From: an uncultured bacterium
Lineage (GTDB): Bacteria > SAR324 > NAC60-12
Length of the DNA: 42,766 nt
Direction of reading: 5' to 3'
NCBI GenBank assembly: GCA_965662235.1
Contig: CBFIGY010000024.1
Location: forward strand, 1-42,766
Part shown: piece by piece, positions 7,451 through 17,217 of the stretch
How positions within the stretch are numbered: the first letter of the stretch is position 1
How the letters are laid out: each line of letters begins with the position of its first letter
Notes under the pieces: model-generated
The model's database searches: none
The model's input: the letters and a program-made list of their open reading frames with translations, nothing else
Told to the model about the DNA's origin: nothing
Made by a program: the position numbers and the translations under genes

Positions 7451-7538
7451 AAAAGTGCAGTTTAGACGAAGAGTTTTTTTACTAAACCACAGTTTAAGCA
7501 ATTAACTTGCATTTCGGCATCCTCTTCTTGGAAGGACC

Positions 7539-10199
7539 ATGACCGACACGATTGCCCACGACCTTGACCCACAAGAAACTCGCGAGTGGATTGACGCCAT
7601 CGAAGCCGTCATTGAGCGAGATGGGTTGGAGCGCGCCTACTTCCTCCTGCGTCAGCTGGCGGACCGAGCGACCACCTCCGGAGTCGCTTCGCCCTACTCG
7701 GCGACGACCCCTTACATCAACACTATTCCTCCGGAGCTGGAAGTCCGCTCTCCTGGAAATCAGGAAATTGAATCGAAGCTCCGGGCCATCATCCGCTGGA
7801 ATGCGGCCAACATGGTGGTCAAGGCCAACAAGGAGTCTTCTGAGCTAGGAGGGCACATCGCCAGCTTTGCCTCGGCGGCCAACCTGTATGACGTCGGCTT
7901 CAATCACTTCTGGCATGCGCCCAGCGAGACCCACGGCGGCGACCTGATCTACATGCAGGGACACTCGGCCCCAGGAATCTACGCCCGAGCCTTCTTGGAG
8001 GGACGCCTGACGGAGGAGCAGCTGATCAACTTCCGGCAGGAATCTGACGGCAAGGGGGTCTCTTCCTACCCACACCCCTGGCTGATGCCGGACTTCTGGC
8101 AGTTCCCCACCGTTTCCATGGGACTGGGGCCCATCATGGCCATCTACCAAGCCCGCTTCCTCAAGTACCTCGGTAACCGGGGACTGGCGGATGTGACCAA
8201 CCGAAAGGTCTGGGCCTTCTTGGGAGACGGAGAAACCGACGAGCCGGAATCCCTGGGCGCCATTGGTCTGGCCGCCCGGGAGAAGCTGGACAACCTGGTC
8301 TTTGTCATCAACTGCAACCTGCAGCGTCTGGATGGTCCGGTCCGTGGAAACGGGAAGATCATTCAGGAGCTTGAAGCCGAGTTCCGGGGCGCCGGCTGGA
8401 ACGTCATCAAGGTCATCTGGGGGTCGTACTGGGATCCGCTTCTGCAGCAAGACAAGGACGGCCTCCTGCGGCGACGCATGGAAGAAGCCGTTGACGGAGA
8501 GTATCAGGCGTTCAAGGCGCACAACGGCGCCTACGTCCGGGCGCACTTCTTTGGCAAGTACCCGGAGCTGCTCGACATGGTCTCGTCCATGAGCGACGAA
8601 GACATCTGGCGCTTGAACCGTGGGGGGCATGACCCCCACAAGATCTATGCGGCCTACCACGCCGCTGTCAACCACACCGGACAGCCCACCGTCATTTTGG
8701 CAAAGACCGTTAAGGGATACGGCATGGGCGCCTCCGGTGAGGGGCAGATGGGGTCGCACCAGCAGAAGAAGATCGGCCTCTCCGACCTCAAGCTCTTCCG
8801 GGACCGCTTCAAGGTGCCGCTCAATGATGAGCAGGTGGAGAACATGGAATTCTACAATCCGGGTGCAGACTCGGAGGAGATCCGTTACCTCATGGAGCGT
8901 CGGGAAGCCCTGGGAGGTCCACTTCCACAGCGTCGCATCAAGGCCGCAGGTCTGAAGATTCCGGAGCTGTCCTTCTTTGGTCGCCTCCTCAAGGAAACGG
9001 GTGAGCGGGAAATGTCCACGACTCAGGCCCTGGTTCAGGCGATGACCCTGCTGACCCGGGACAAGGAAATCGGCCCGCGGCTGGTTCCCATTGTGCCAGA
9101 TGAGGCCCGGACCTTCGGCATGGAAGGCATGTTCCGGCAGGTGGGCATTTACGCCCACGAGGGGCAGAAGTATGAGCCAGTCGACCGGGATCAGCTCATG
9201 TACTACCGGGAGGACCAGAGTGGTCAGATCCTGCAGGAGGGCATCAACGAAGACGGCGCCATGTCGTCTTGGATTGCGGCAGCCACGGCTTACAGCCACT
9301 CCAACATCCAGATGATCCCGATCTACATCTTTTACTCGATGTTCGGGTTTCAGCGGATTGGAGACTTGGCCTGGGCGGCCGGAGACATTCAGGCGCGGGG
9401 TTTCCTCATCGGCGGCACCTCTGGTCGGACCACCCTGAACGGGGAAGGCCTCCAGCACGAAGATGGACACAGCCACATCCTGGCGGGCAACATCCCGAAC
9501 TGCATCTCCTACGATCCCACCTTCTCCTATGAGCTGATGGTGATCTTCCGGGAGGGCCTGCGTCGCATGTTTGAAGAGCAGGAGAACGTGTTCTACTACC
9601 TGACGACGATGAACGAAAACTACCCGCACCCCGGACTCCCGGAGGGCGAGGAAGAGAACATCATCAAGGGGCTCTACTCCTTCAAGAAGGCCAAGGCCGG
9701 CAAGCTGCGGGTGCAGCTGATGGGCTCCGGGACCATCTTCCGTGAGGTCATGGCAGCAGCCGACCTGCTGGCGGAGGACTGGGGCGTGCAAGCGGACCTG
9801 TGGAGCGCGCCGAGCTTCAATGAGCTCAAGCGAGACGGCGACGACGTTGCCCGCTGGAACCTCCTGCATCCTGACAAGAAGCCCCGCAAGTCGCACGTTG
9901 AGCAGTGCTTCGAGAAGACCTCTGGTCCCATTGTGGCGGCCACAGACTACGTCAAGCTCTACGCCGATCAGATTCGGGCGTATGTGCCGCGCAGCTACGT
10001 GGTGCTTGGCACCGACGGCTTCGGACGCAGCGACACCCGCAAGGCCCTCCGCCAGCACTTTGAGGTCAACCGCTACTACGTCACCGTTGCAGCGCTGAAG
10101 GCCCTTGCCGACGAAGGATCCCTTCCGGCGAAGACCGTGAAGGACGCCATCAAGAAATATGGCATTGATCCTGAGAAACCCAACCCCTTGTTTGTCTGA
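7539..10199 (+). CDS. aceE: Pyruvate dehydrogenase E1, homodimeric type
   Basis: DLDPQETREW, LGGHIASFAS, SSYPHPWLMPDFWQFPTVSMGLG, TPP motif GDGETDEPES..NCNLQRLDG, LGTDGFGRSD; SD AAGGA. Confidence 0.98.
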   Translation: MTDTIAHDLDPQETREWIDAIEAVIERDGLERAYFLLRQLADRATTSGVASPYSATTPYINTIPPELEVRSPGNQEIESKLRAIIRWNAANMVVKANKESSELGGHIASFASAANLYDVGFNHFWHAPSETHGGDLIYMQGHSAPGIYARAFLEGRLTEEQLINFRQESDGKGVSSYPHPWLMPDFWQFPTVSMGLGPIMAIYQARFLKYLGNRGLADVTNRKVWAFLGDGETDEPESLGAIGLAAREKLDNLVFVINCNLQRLDGPVRGNGKIIQELEAEFRGAGWNVIKVIWGSYWDPLLQQDKDGLLRRRMEEAVDGEYQAFKAHNGAYVRAHFFGKYPELLDMVSSMSDEDIWRLNRGGHDPHKIYAAYHAAVNHTGQPTVILAKTVKGYGMGASGEGQMGSHQQKKIGLSDLKLFRDRFKVPLNDEQVENMEFYNPGADSEEIRYLMERREALGGPLPQRRIKAAGLKIPELSFFGRLLKETGEREMSTTQALVQAMTLLTRDKEIGPRLVPIVPDEARTFGMEGMFRQVGIYAHEGQKYEPVDRDQLMYYREDQSGQILQEGINEDGAMSSWIAAATAYSHSNIQMIPIYIFYSMFGFQRIGDLAWAAGDIQARGFLIGGTSGRTTLNGEGLQHEDGHSHILAGNIPNCISYDPTFSYELMVIFREGLRRMFEEQENVFYYLTTMNENYPHPGLPEGEEENIIKGLYSFKKAKAGKLRVQLMGSGTIFREVMAAADLLAEDWGVQADLWSAPSFNELKRDGDDVARWNLLHPDKKPRKSHVEQCFEKTSGPIVAATDYVKLYADQIRAYVPRSYVVLGTDGFGRSDTRKALRQHFEVNRYYVTVAALKALADEGSLPAKTVKDAIKKYGIDPEKPNPLFV

Positions 10200-10213
10200 G
10201 AAGGAGCGCGATC

Positions 10214-11848
10214 ATGAGCACATTGAAAGACGTTCTGGTCCCAGACATCGGGGACTTCAAGGACGTGGAGATCATTGACATCCTCGTCAAGCCCGGAGAC
10301 TCCATTCAACCGGAGGATCCGCTCATCACGCTGGAGAGCGACAAGGCGACCATGGATGTCCCATCTCCTGAGGCCGGTATTGTCCAGGAGCTGACGGTGA
10401 AGGTCGGAGACAAGGTTTCTGAGGGCAGCCTGGTCCTCAAGCTGATCCCGGCCAACGAGTCTGCTGAAGCCCCAGCGGCTCCGGAAGCGCCGTCAGCGGC
10501 TGCGCCAGCAGCTCCGGAGCCCGTCGCTTCTTCAGGGGGCGTTCAGGAAGTTCGGGTTCCGGACATTGGAGACTTCAAGGATGTGGAGATCATTGAGGTC
10601 CTCACCAATCCGGGAGACTCGATTGCAACGGATGCCGGACTGATCACGCTGGAAAGCGACAAAGCGACGATGGAGGTGCCTTCTCCTCTCGCCGGAGTCG
10701 TCAAGGAGATGAAGGTTCAGGTGGGTGACAAGGTCTCTGAGGGAGACCTGATTGCCCTGGTTGAGGTGACGGGAGCTCCTGCAGCGGCCCCGGCGCCTCA
10801 GGCAGCCCCCACGCCTCCGGCTCCAGCAGCCCCAGCCCCAGCGGCCCCGGCGCCCTCTCAGCTTTCAGAAGACATGGCAATGGAGTCTCCCTTGCGGCCT
10901 CCGCCTGTTTCTGAGCCGGTGAACGATCAAAGCTTCCGGAAGGCGCATGCGAGTCCTTCGGTTCGACTGTTTGCGCGTGAACTGGGTGTGGACCTCAGCA
11001 AGGTTTCTGGGACCGGACGCAAGGGCCGGATCACCAAGGAGGACGTCCAGAATTACGTCAAGCAGGCTCTGCAGCAAACCGCTCAGCCTGCCGCCGCTGC
11101 CTCTGGGGGCATGGGCATCCCGGCAATGCCAGAGGTGGACTTCAGCAAGTTTGGTCCGGTTGAGGTCAAGCCGCTGTCGCGCATCAAGAAGATCTCCGGC
11201 AAGCACCTGCACCGGGCGTGGCTGAACGTTCCCATGGTCACGCACCACGATGAGGCCGACATCACCGAGCTGGAGGCCTTCCGGAAGTCCCTGAAGGACG
11301 AGGCCGCCAAGAAGGGCGTCAAGGTGACGCCACTGGCCTTCATGCTCAAGGCCTGTGCGGCCACGCTGCAGGCGCATCCCAACTTCAATGCCTCCTTGAC
11401 GCCGGATGCAGAGAGCCTGGTGTATAAGCAGTACGTGCACATTGGCGTGGCGGTTGACACTCCGGATGGACTGGTGGTGCCTGTGATCCGGGACGTGGAT
11501 CAGAAGGGCGTCTACGACCTAGCCGCAGAGCTGGGAGAAGTCAGTGCCCGGGCCCGTGACGGCAAGCTGAAGCCTCAAGAAATGCAAGGAGGCTGCTTCA
11601 GCATCTCCAGTCTTGGCGGCATCGGCGGCACCGCCTTCACGCCTCTGGTCAATGCTCCGGAAGTGGCGATCCTGGGGATCACCAAGTCCCGCATGGCCCC
11701 GGTGTGGAATGGGCAGGAGTTTGTCCCGCGCCTGATGCTGCCGCTGGACCTGACCTATGACCACCGCGTCATTGACGGCGCGCAGGCCGCCCGCTTCATG
11801 GTGGACCTGTGCAAGACCCTTGGAGACCTGCGTCGACTGTTGCTCTGA
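10214..11848 (+). CDS. aceF: Dihydrolipoamide acetyltransferase (E2) with two lipoyl domains
   Basis: Two [13 protein letters not shown] lipoyl domains, E3-binding HASPSVR.FARELGVDL, catalytic YDHRVIDG. Confidence 0.98.
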   Translation: MSTLKDVLVPDIGDFKDVEIIDILVKPGDSIQPEDPLITLESDKATMDVPSPEAGIVQELTVKVGDKVSEGSLVLKLIPANESAEAPAAPEAPSAAAPAAPEPVASSGGVQEVRVPDIGDFKDVEIIEVLTNPGDSIATDAGLITLESDKATMEVPSPLAGVVKEMKVQVGDKVSEGDLIALVEVTGAPAAAPAPQAAPTPPAPAAPAPAAPAPSQLSEDMAMESPLRPPPVSEPVNDQSFRKAHASPSVRLFARELGVDLSKVSGTGRKGRITKEDVQNYVKQALQQTAQPAAAASGGMGIPAMPEVDFSKFGPVEVKPLSRIKKISGKHLHRAWLNVPMVTHHDEADITELEAFRKSLKDEAAKKGVKVTPLAFMLKACAATLQAHPNFNASLTPDAESLVYKQYVHIGVAVDTPDGLVVPVIRDVDQKGVYDLAAELGEVSARARDGKLKPQEMQGGCFSISSLGGIGGTAFTPLVNAPEVAILGITKSRMAPVWNGQEFVPRLMLPLDLTYDHRVIDGAQAARFMVDLCKTLGDLRRLLL

Positions 11849-11856
11849 GGCTTGAT

Positions 11857-11877
11857 GCTCCCGGAGCTTCCGGGAGC
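11857..11877 (+). other. GC-rich intercistronic hairpin between aceF and lpdA (no U-tract)
   Basis: GCTCCCGGA-GCT-TCCGGGAGC, a perfect 9-bp stem. Confidence 0.65.
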
Positions 11878-11958
11878 GGCCTTCCGTTACTGAGACCCCA
11901 TTTACCTTTTCGTGTCCCCCTCAGCCGGGGGCGCGTCCTGCTATTTTTTGAGTGAAGT

Positions 11959-13722
11959 ATGAGCCTGATTGAAATCAAGGTCCCGGATATTGGGGACTTC
12001 AAGGATGTCGAGATCATTGAGGTTCTGGTCAACCCGGGAGACCGGATTGAGCCAGAGGCTTCGTTGATCACCCTGGAGAGCGACAAGGCCACCATGGAGG
12101 TTCCTTCTCCTGCTGGCGGGGTCGTCCAGGAACTCAAGATTCAGGTTGGGGATCGCGTGTCCGAGGGAAGCCTGATCCTCATGCTGGATGCGGCAGAAGG
12201 AGCCACGGCTGCTGCTCCGGCAGCAAGTGCCCCAGAGCAGGCGCCGGCGTCTCCTCCTCCCGCAGCTCCGGCACCAACGGCTTCCAGCTACTCCGGAAGT
12301 GCCGACCGCTCCTGCGAGGTGCTGGTGCTCGGTTCCGGGCCTGGAGGCTACACCGCGGCGTTCCGGGCAGCGGACCTCGACAAGAAGGTCATTCTGGTGG
12401 AGCGCTACTCCACCATCGGAGGCGTGTGCCTGAACGTGGGCTGCATCCCGTCCAAGGCCCTGCTTCATGCGGCAAAGGTCATTGAGGATGCTCAGCACAT
12501 GAGCGAGCACGGACTCGTCTTTCAGCCTCCAAAAGTCGATATCGACAAGCTCCGGAGTTGGAAGGATGGGGTGGTCAGTCGCCTCACGGGAGGACTCGCG
12601 GGCATGGCCAAGCAGCGCAAGGTGGACGTGGTCACCGGCGTGGGGACGTTTCTGGACCCGCACCACCTGCAGGTTACTGCGGCAGACGGCTCCACCGAGA
12701 CCCTGCACTTTGAACACGCCATCATTGCCGCCGGATCACAAGCGGTTCAGCTACCCTTCCTCCCGGAAGATGACCGCATTGTGGATTCGACCGGAGCGCT
12801 GGAACTCCAGGGTGTGCCTCAGCACCTGCTGGTCATTGGCGGGGGCATCATTGGACTGGAAATGGCCACGGTGTACCACGCACTCGGCGCCAAGATCACC
12901 ATTGTCGAGATGCTTGACTCCCTGATGGCTGGAGCAGACAAGGACCTAGTCCGTCCGTACCAGAAGCGCATTGCCGGGCTCTATGAAAACATCTGGCTGG
13001 AAACCCGTGTGACCTCGGTGGAGGCTCAGAAGAAGGGACTCAAGGTCACCTTTGAGGGCAAGAATGCTCCAGAGAAGCCCGTTGTGTTCGACCGCATCCT
13101 CAGCTCCGTGGGGCGTACGCCGAACGGAAAAAAGATTGGTGCCGAAAACGCGGGGGTCACGGTTGACGAGCGGGGCTTCATTCCCGTCGACTCACAGATG
13201 CGGACCAACGTTCCGCACATCTTTGCCATTGGCGACATCGTGGGGCAGCCCATGCTGGCACACAAGGCCACGCATGAAGGCAAGGTGGCTGCCGAGGTGA
13301 TTGCGGGACACAAACGCTACTTTGACGCCCGGGTCATTCCCTCGGTGGCCTACACCGATCCGGAAGTGGCTTGGGTCGGGATCACCGAAGCCGAAGCCAA
13401 GGCCGAAGGTCGGAAGGTCGGCGTGGGGAAATTCCCCTGGGCCGCCAGCGGACGGAGCCTGGCAAACGGACGCGATGAGGGAATGACAAAGGTCATTTTC
13501 GATGAGGAAACGGATCGAGTGATTGGCGTGGGCATTGTGGGAACCAACGCCGGTGACCTGATTGCCGAAGGCGCGTTGGCCATTGAGATGGGGTGTGATG
13601 CTGCTGACATTGGCGCCACCATCCATCCGCACCCGACCCTCTCGGAAACGGTGGCCATGGCGGCAGAAGCCTTCGAGGGCACCATCACCGACCTCTACCT
13701 GCCCAAGCGCAAAAAAGCCTAA
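11959..13722 (+). CDS. lpdA: Dihydrolipoamide dehydrogenase (E3) with an N-terminal lipoyl domain
   Basis: Lipoyl domain [11 protein letters not shown] motif GSGPGGY, redox disulfide [16 protein letters not shown] motif [14 protein letters not shown]. Confidence 0.98.
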   Translation: MSLIEIKVPDIGDFKDVEIIEVLVNPGDRIEPEASLITLESDKATMEVPSPAGGVVQELKIQVGDRVSEGSLILMLDAAEGATAAAPAASAPEQAPASPPPAAPAPTASSYSGSADRSCEVLVLGSGPGGYTAAFRAADLDKKVILVERYSTIGGVCLNVGCIPSKALLHAAKVIEDAQHMSEHGLVFQPPKVDIDKLRSWKDGVVSRLTGGLAGMAKQRKVDVVTGVGTFLDPHHLQVTAADGSTETLHFEHAIIAAGSQAVQLPFLPEDDRIVDSTGALELQGVPQHLLVIGGGIIGLEMATVYHALGAKITIVEMLDSLMAGADKDLVRPYQKRIAGLYENIWLETRVTSVEAQKKGLKVTFEGKNAPEKPVVFDRILSSVGRTPNGKKIGAENAGVTVDERGFIPVDSQMRTNVPHIFAIGDIVGQPMLAHKATHEGKVAAEVIAGHKRYFDARVIPSVAYTDPEVAWVGITEAEAKAEGRKVGVGKFPWAASGRSLANGRDEGMTKVIFDEETDRVIGVGIVGTNAGDLIAEGALAIEMGCDAADIGATIHPHPTLSETVAMAAEAFEGTITDLYLPKRKKA

Positions 13723-13729
13723 CTCAACC

Positions 13730-13747
13730 GGGAGCCTCCGGGCTCCC
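13730..13747 (+). other. GC-rich intercistronic hairpin between lpdA and dadA (no U-tract)
   Basis: GGGAGCC-TCCG-GGCTCCC, a perfect 7-bp stem. Confidence 0.6.
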
Positions 13748-13766
13748 ATCGAACTGACTCATTTCA

Positions 13767-15008
13767 GTGCGTATTCTCATCCTCGGAGCCGGCGTCGTCG
13801 GCACCACCACCGCCTGGGAGTTGGCGCAAGACGGCCATGAGGTCGTGGTCCTCGACCGGGCTCCCCGTCCGGCACAGGGCGCCAGCTTTGGCAACGCCGG
13901 TTTGATTGCCACTGGAGACGCGCTCGCATGGGCCTCTCCCGATCGTCTGAAGCAGCTTCCTCTGGTGTGGCTAGGACAGGACCCGGCCATGAAGATTGGG
14001 CCCTTGACTCCGGAATTGGTCCAGTGGGGCCTTCGCTTTCTGCCTCAGTGTACCCACGCCTCCTGGTGGCAGAACTCTCAGAACAAGCACCAGCTCTGTG
14101 TTTACAGCCAGCAACGCCTCCGTCAGTTGCGGGAGGAAACTCCTCTTGACTACCACCGGGGCACACGCGGGGTCCTTTACCTCTACCGGGACTCCCGGAA
14201 CCTGGAGCATGCGCTTGAAGAGCGGGCGCCCCTGACCCAAGGAGGGCAGGAACTCCGCCTCCTCACTCCGGATGAGATTTATGCCCTAGATCCCGGCTAT
14301 GCAGACAGCCGGGCTCACCTTGCCGGAGCGGTGTACAGTCCCACCGACGAATCCGGAGACTCCCACGTTTTTACGCAGGCGCTGGCAAAGAAGTGTCAGG
14401 AGCGGGGGGTGACCTTTCACTTCAACTGCCCGGTGGAGCGGCTTGATGTGTCCGGCGACCAGGTGAATGGGGTGCTCACGCGGCAGGGCACGCTGCGTGC
14501 CGATCGGTATGTGCTGGCGCTGGGTGCCTGGAGTCCGCACCTGCTGCGTCCCTTGGGAATCGACCTGCCGATTTATCCGGTGCAGGGGGTTTCGGCGACG
14601 GTTCCGATTGCTCCGGAACACACGCCCCCGGAGCTGGGTGGCATTGACGAAGACGCGCGTGTGGCCTTTTCGACCTTGGGAAACAAGCTCCGGCTCACAA
14701 CCTTGGCCGCCTTCCAGGGGTACCGCCTTGCGGCTCCGCGTCAGCAACTGCAGCGGGCGTTGGCGGCCATGCAGGACCTCTTTCCGAGAGCAGCGGATTA
14801 CACGAGGCCGCAGTTCTGGAGTGGCCTGCGTCCGATGACGCCTGAAGGAACCCCGATCATTGGGATGGGACCGCACCGGAACCTGCTGTACAACACCGGC
14901 CACGGGCACCTGGGATGGACCATGGCCTGCGGCTCAGCCCGCCTAGCCGCAGACCTGCTGCAGGGCCGCTCTCCCGAGCTGGATCCGCAGCCTTACCGCT
15001 TCCGCTGA
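13767..15008 (+). CDS. dadA: D-amino acid dehydrogenase (DadA family FAD oxidoreductase)
   Basis: ILGAGVVGTTTAWEL, ASFGNAGLI, DESGD, LPIYPVQG, WSGLRPMTP.G.PIIG, NTGHGHLGWTMACGS. Confidence 0.88.
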   Translation: MRILILGAGVVGTTTAWELAQDGHEVVVLDRAPRPAQGASFGNAGLIATGDALAWASPDRLKQLPLVWLGQDPAMKIGPLTPELVQWGLRFLPQCTHASWWQNSQNKHQLCVYSQQRLRQLREETPLDYHRGTRGVLYLYRDSRNLEHALEERAPLTQGGQELRLLTPDEIYALDPGYADSRAHLAGAVYSPTDESGDSHVFTQALAKKCQERGVTFHFNCPVERLDVSGDQVNGVLTRQGTLRADRYVLALGAWSPHLLRPLGIDLPIYPVQGVSATVPIAPEHTPPELGGIDEDARVAFSTLGNKLRLTTLAAFQGYRLAAPRQQLQRALAAMQDLFPRAADYTRPQFWSGLRPMTPEGTPIIGMGPHRNLLYNTGHGHLGWTMACGSARLAADLLQGRSPELDPQPYRFR

Positions 15009-15044
15009 GGGACCCTGCTGAGGAAGATTTTCCCGGGCTTTCCC

Positions 15045-15073
15045 TTGCGTCTCCCGGGGGGTTCTTCTAAGGT
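15045..15073 (+). promoter_or_regulatory. Candidate sigma70 promoter for the FeS oxidoreductase operon
   Basis: TTGCGT (15045-15050), 17-nt spacer, TAAGGT (15068-15073). Confidence 0.45.
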
Positions 15074-15162
15074 GCTTCCAGATGAAACACGACCCCAAAC
15101 CGTGGAAGCGGTTCCCTTTGCTTCCTGCCTCATTTCCGGAAATTCTGACCTAGAGGAACAAC

Positions 15163-17217
15163 ATGAACCCATGGCTGATGCTCCCCGTCTTTTTGATTGG
15201 CTGGGGCGTGTTTGCGCTTCAGATGACCGTCAAGTTTGGTGCCCTGCGACGCATGGCTCCGGAAGAGCGCAAGGATCGTCCGAAGGAGCGCCTCAAGCAG
15301 CTCCTGGGTCTGGGGTTTGGGCAGCGCAAGTTCCTAGACCGTTCCCGGGAGCGGGGTTCGGGCATTGTGCACGCCCTCATTTTCTGGGGCGCCGTCATCA
15401 TTGGACTCCGGGAGATGGCCTTGATGGGAGAAGGGTTTGTGAAGGGCTTTCAGGAGCACCTTCCCTTCCTAGGCGTGGATCACCTGGCCGGATACGTGTA
15501 CGTGTTCCTCTACAACGTCGCAGAGGTGGTGGTGCTGGCTGGGGTGCTGATCATGCTCTGGCGCCGTGTGGTGAGTCCGAAGCCGGTGCGGCTTTCCCTG
15601 AACTGGGAAGGCATCTACGTGCTGCTGTACATTGCCCTGATCATGCTCACGGACCTCTTCTTTGATGCCGGTCGTTTCAACCTGATTCAGCTCTGGAACC
15701 ACGAGATTCCCTATTACAACAGCCCCCTTTACGGAACCGAGATGGAGTGGGCTCCCTTTGCCGCGCTGCTTGCCGCATGGGTGGCGCCCCTAGGGGAAAC
15801 GGCCAATGCCTTCTTCTACCACTTTGGCTTCTGGGGACACGTGGTGACGATGATGGTGTTTGTGAACGTTCTCGTCAACACCAAGCAGTTTCACGAAATC
15901 ACGGCTCTTCCGAATGTCTACTTTGCGTCACTCGATCGCCCTCACCGGCCCATTGACCTCATTGACCTGGAGAATGAGCAGGCGTGGGAGGAGGAACGCA
16001 TTGGGGTCACCAAGTTTGAGCAACTGACCTGGAAGGAGGGTTTTGACCTCTACTCGTGTACGGAGTGCGGACGCTGCTACGACATCTGTCCCACGTATGT
16101 GACCGGGAAGCCGCTGACCATGAAATGGGTCAACCAGTCGTTGCTGGGGCACCTGCGTGAAGAAGCCGGAACGCTCTACCAGACGGGAAAAACAAGTGGC
16201 ACCAAGGAGCTGGTGGGAGACGTCATTCATCCGGACACGCTCTGGGCCTGCACGACCTGCCGGGCCTGCGAAGATGCGTGTCCTGTGGCCATTGAGCACG
16301 TCCCTCGCATGATCGCGATGCGCCAGGGGGAGACGCTCATGAAGGAAGCCTATCCTCCGGAACTGACCAGCACCTTCAAGGGACTGGAGCGGAACTTCAA
16401 CCCGTGGGGCGTTGGCTACGACCAGCGTGGGGACTGGGCCAAGGAAGAGGACATTCCCGCCATGGCGGAGACCTCTGCAGATGAGATTGATGTCCTCATG
16501 TGGGTGGGCTGCGCCGGTTCATTTGACAGCCGCAACCAGAAGGTCGCGCGTGCAACGTCCAAGCTGCTGAAGAAGGCCGGGGTCAAGTTTGCCATTCTGG
16601 GCAGCGAGGAAAAGTGTACGGGCGACCTGGCCCGGCGTTCCGGAAACGAGATGCTCTACCAGATGCTGGCTGGCGAAAACGTAGAAACCCTCAAGAACTA
16701 CAACATCAAGAAGGTGGTCACTTCGTGTCCGCACTGCCTCAACTCCCTGAAGAACGAGTACCCGCAGCTAGATGGGAAATTTGAGGTGTACCACCACACC
16801 CAGTTCATCTCCCAACTGGTTGATGAAGGAAAGCTGGATCCGCAGCCGGTGGTGAAGGGCAAGGTGACCTTCCATGACCCCTGCTACCTAGGACGTTACA
16901 ACAACGAGTACGACGCGCCCCGGAAGCTGCTCTCCCGGATTACGGAAGAGCCTCCGGTGGAAATGAAACGGAGCCGCAACGAGAGCTTCTGCTGTGGCGC
17001 TGGAGGAGCCCGCATGTGGATGGAGGAAACCATTGGCTCCCGTGTCAATCAGGAGCGTGTTCGTCAGGCGGAAGAGACCGGTGCTGCAACGGTTGCCACC
17101 GGATGCCCCTTCTGCATGACGATGATCAGTGATGGCATTGTCGCCAACAACCGTGGCGATGACATGCACGCCAAAGATCTCGCCGAACTTGTCCTTGAAT
17201 CAGTCAGCAAAACATGA
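15163..17217 (+). CDS. Membrane-bound FeS oxidoreductase of the FadF/HdrD-related family (ETF:menaquinone oxidoreductase-like)
   Basis: The N-terminal multi-TM region carries GIVHALIFWG. Two 4Fe-4S motifs (CTECGRCYDICP, CTTCRACEDACP) are followed by CCG domains (WVGC, EKCTGD, SCPHC, FHDPCYLGR, FCCGAGG, GCPFC). SD GAGGA. Confidence 0.9.
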   Translation: MNPWLMLPVFLIGWGVFALQMTVKFGALRRMAPEERKDRPKERLKQLLGLGFGQRKFLDRSRERGSGIVHALIFWGAVIIGLREMALMGEGFVKGFQEHLPFLGVDHLAGYVYVFLYNVAEVVVLAGVLIMLWRRVVSPKPVRLSLNWEGIYVLLYIALIMLTDLFFDAGRFNLIQLWNHEIPYYNSPLYGTEMEWAPFAALLAAWVAPLGETANAFFYHFGFWGHVVTMMVFVNVLVNTKQFHEITALPNVYFASLDRPHRPIDLIDLENEQAWEEERIGVTKFEQLTWKEGFDLYSCTECGRCYDICPTYVTGKPLTMKWVNQSLLGHLREEAGTLYQTGKTSGTKELVGDVIHPDTLWACTTCRACEDACPVAIEHVPRMIAMRQGETLMKEAYPPELTSTFKGLERNFNPWGVGYDQRGDWAKEEDIPAMAETSADEIDVLMWVGCAGSFDSRNQKVARATSKLLKKAGVKFAILGSEEKCTGDLARRSGNEMLYQMLAGENVETLKNYNIKKVVTSCPHCLNSLKNEYPQLDGKFEVYHHTQFISQLVDEGKLDPQPVVKGKVTFHDPCYLGRYNNEYDAPRKLLSRITEEPPVEMKRSRNESFCCGAGGARMWMEETIGSRVNQERVRQAEETGAATVATGCPFCMTMISDGIVANNRGDDMHAKDLAELVLESVSKT

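Noticed and set aside
7845..10058. 737-aa antisense ORF, and similar long ORFs at 4315..5628 +, 6169..7071 -, 24178..25062 +, 28315..29316 + and 36014..36904 +
   Set aside because: These are shadow frames opposite well-supported genes. They are expected from GC-rich codon bias and show no recognisable motifs.
10214..12190. Three similar DNA segments (starting near 10235, 10555 and 11980) as a mobile repeat or CRISPR-like array
   Set aside because: They are the in-frame lipoyl domains of AceF (two) and LpdA (one).
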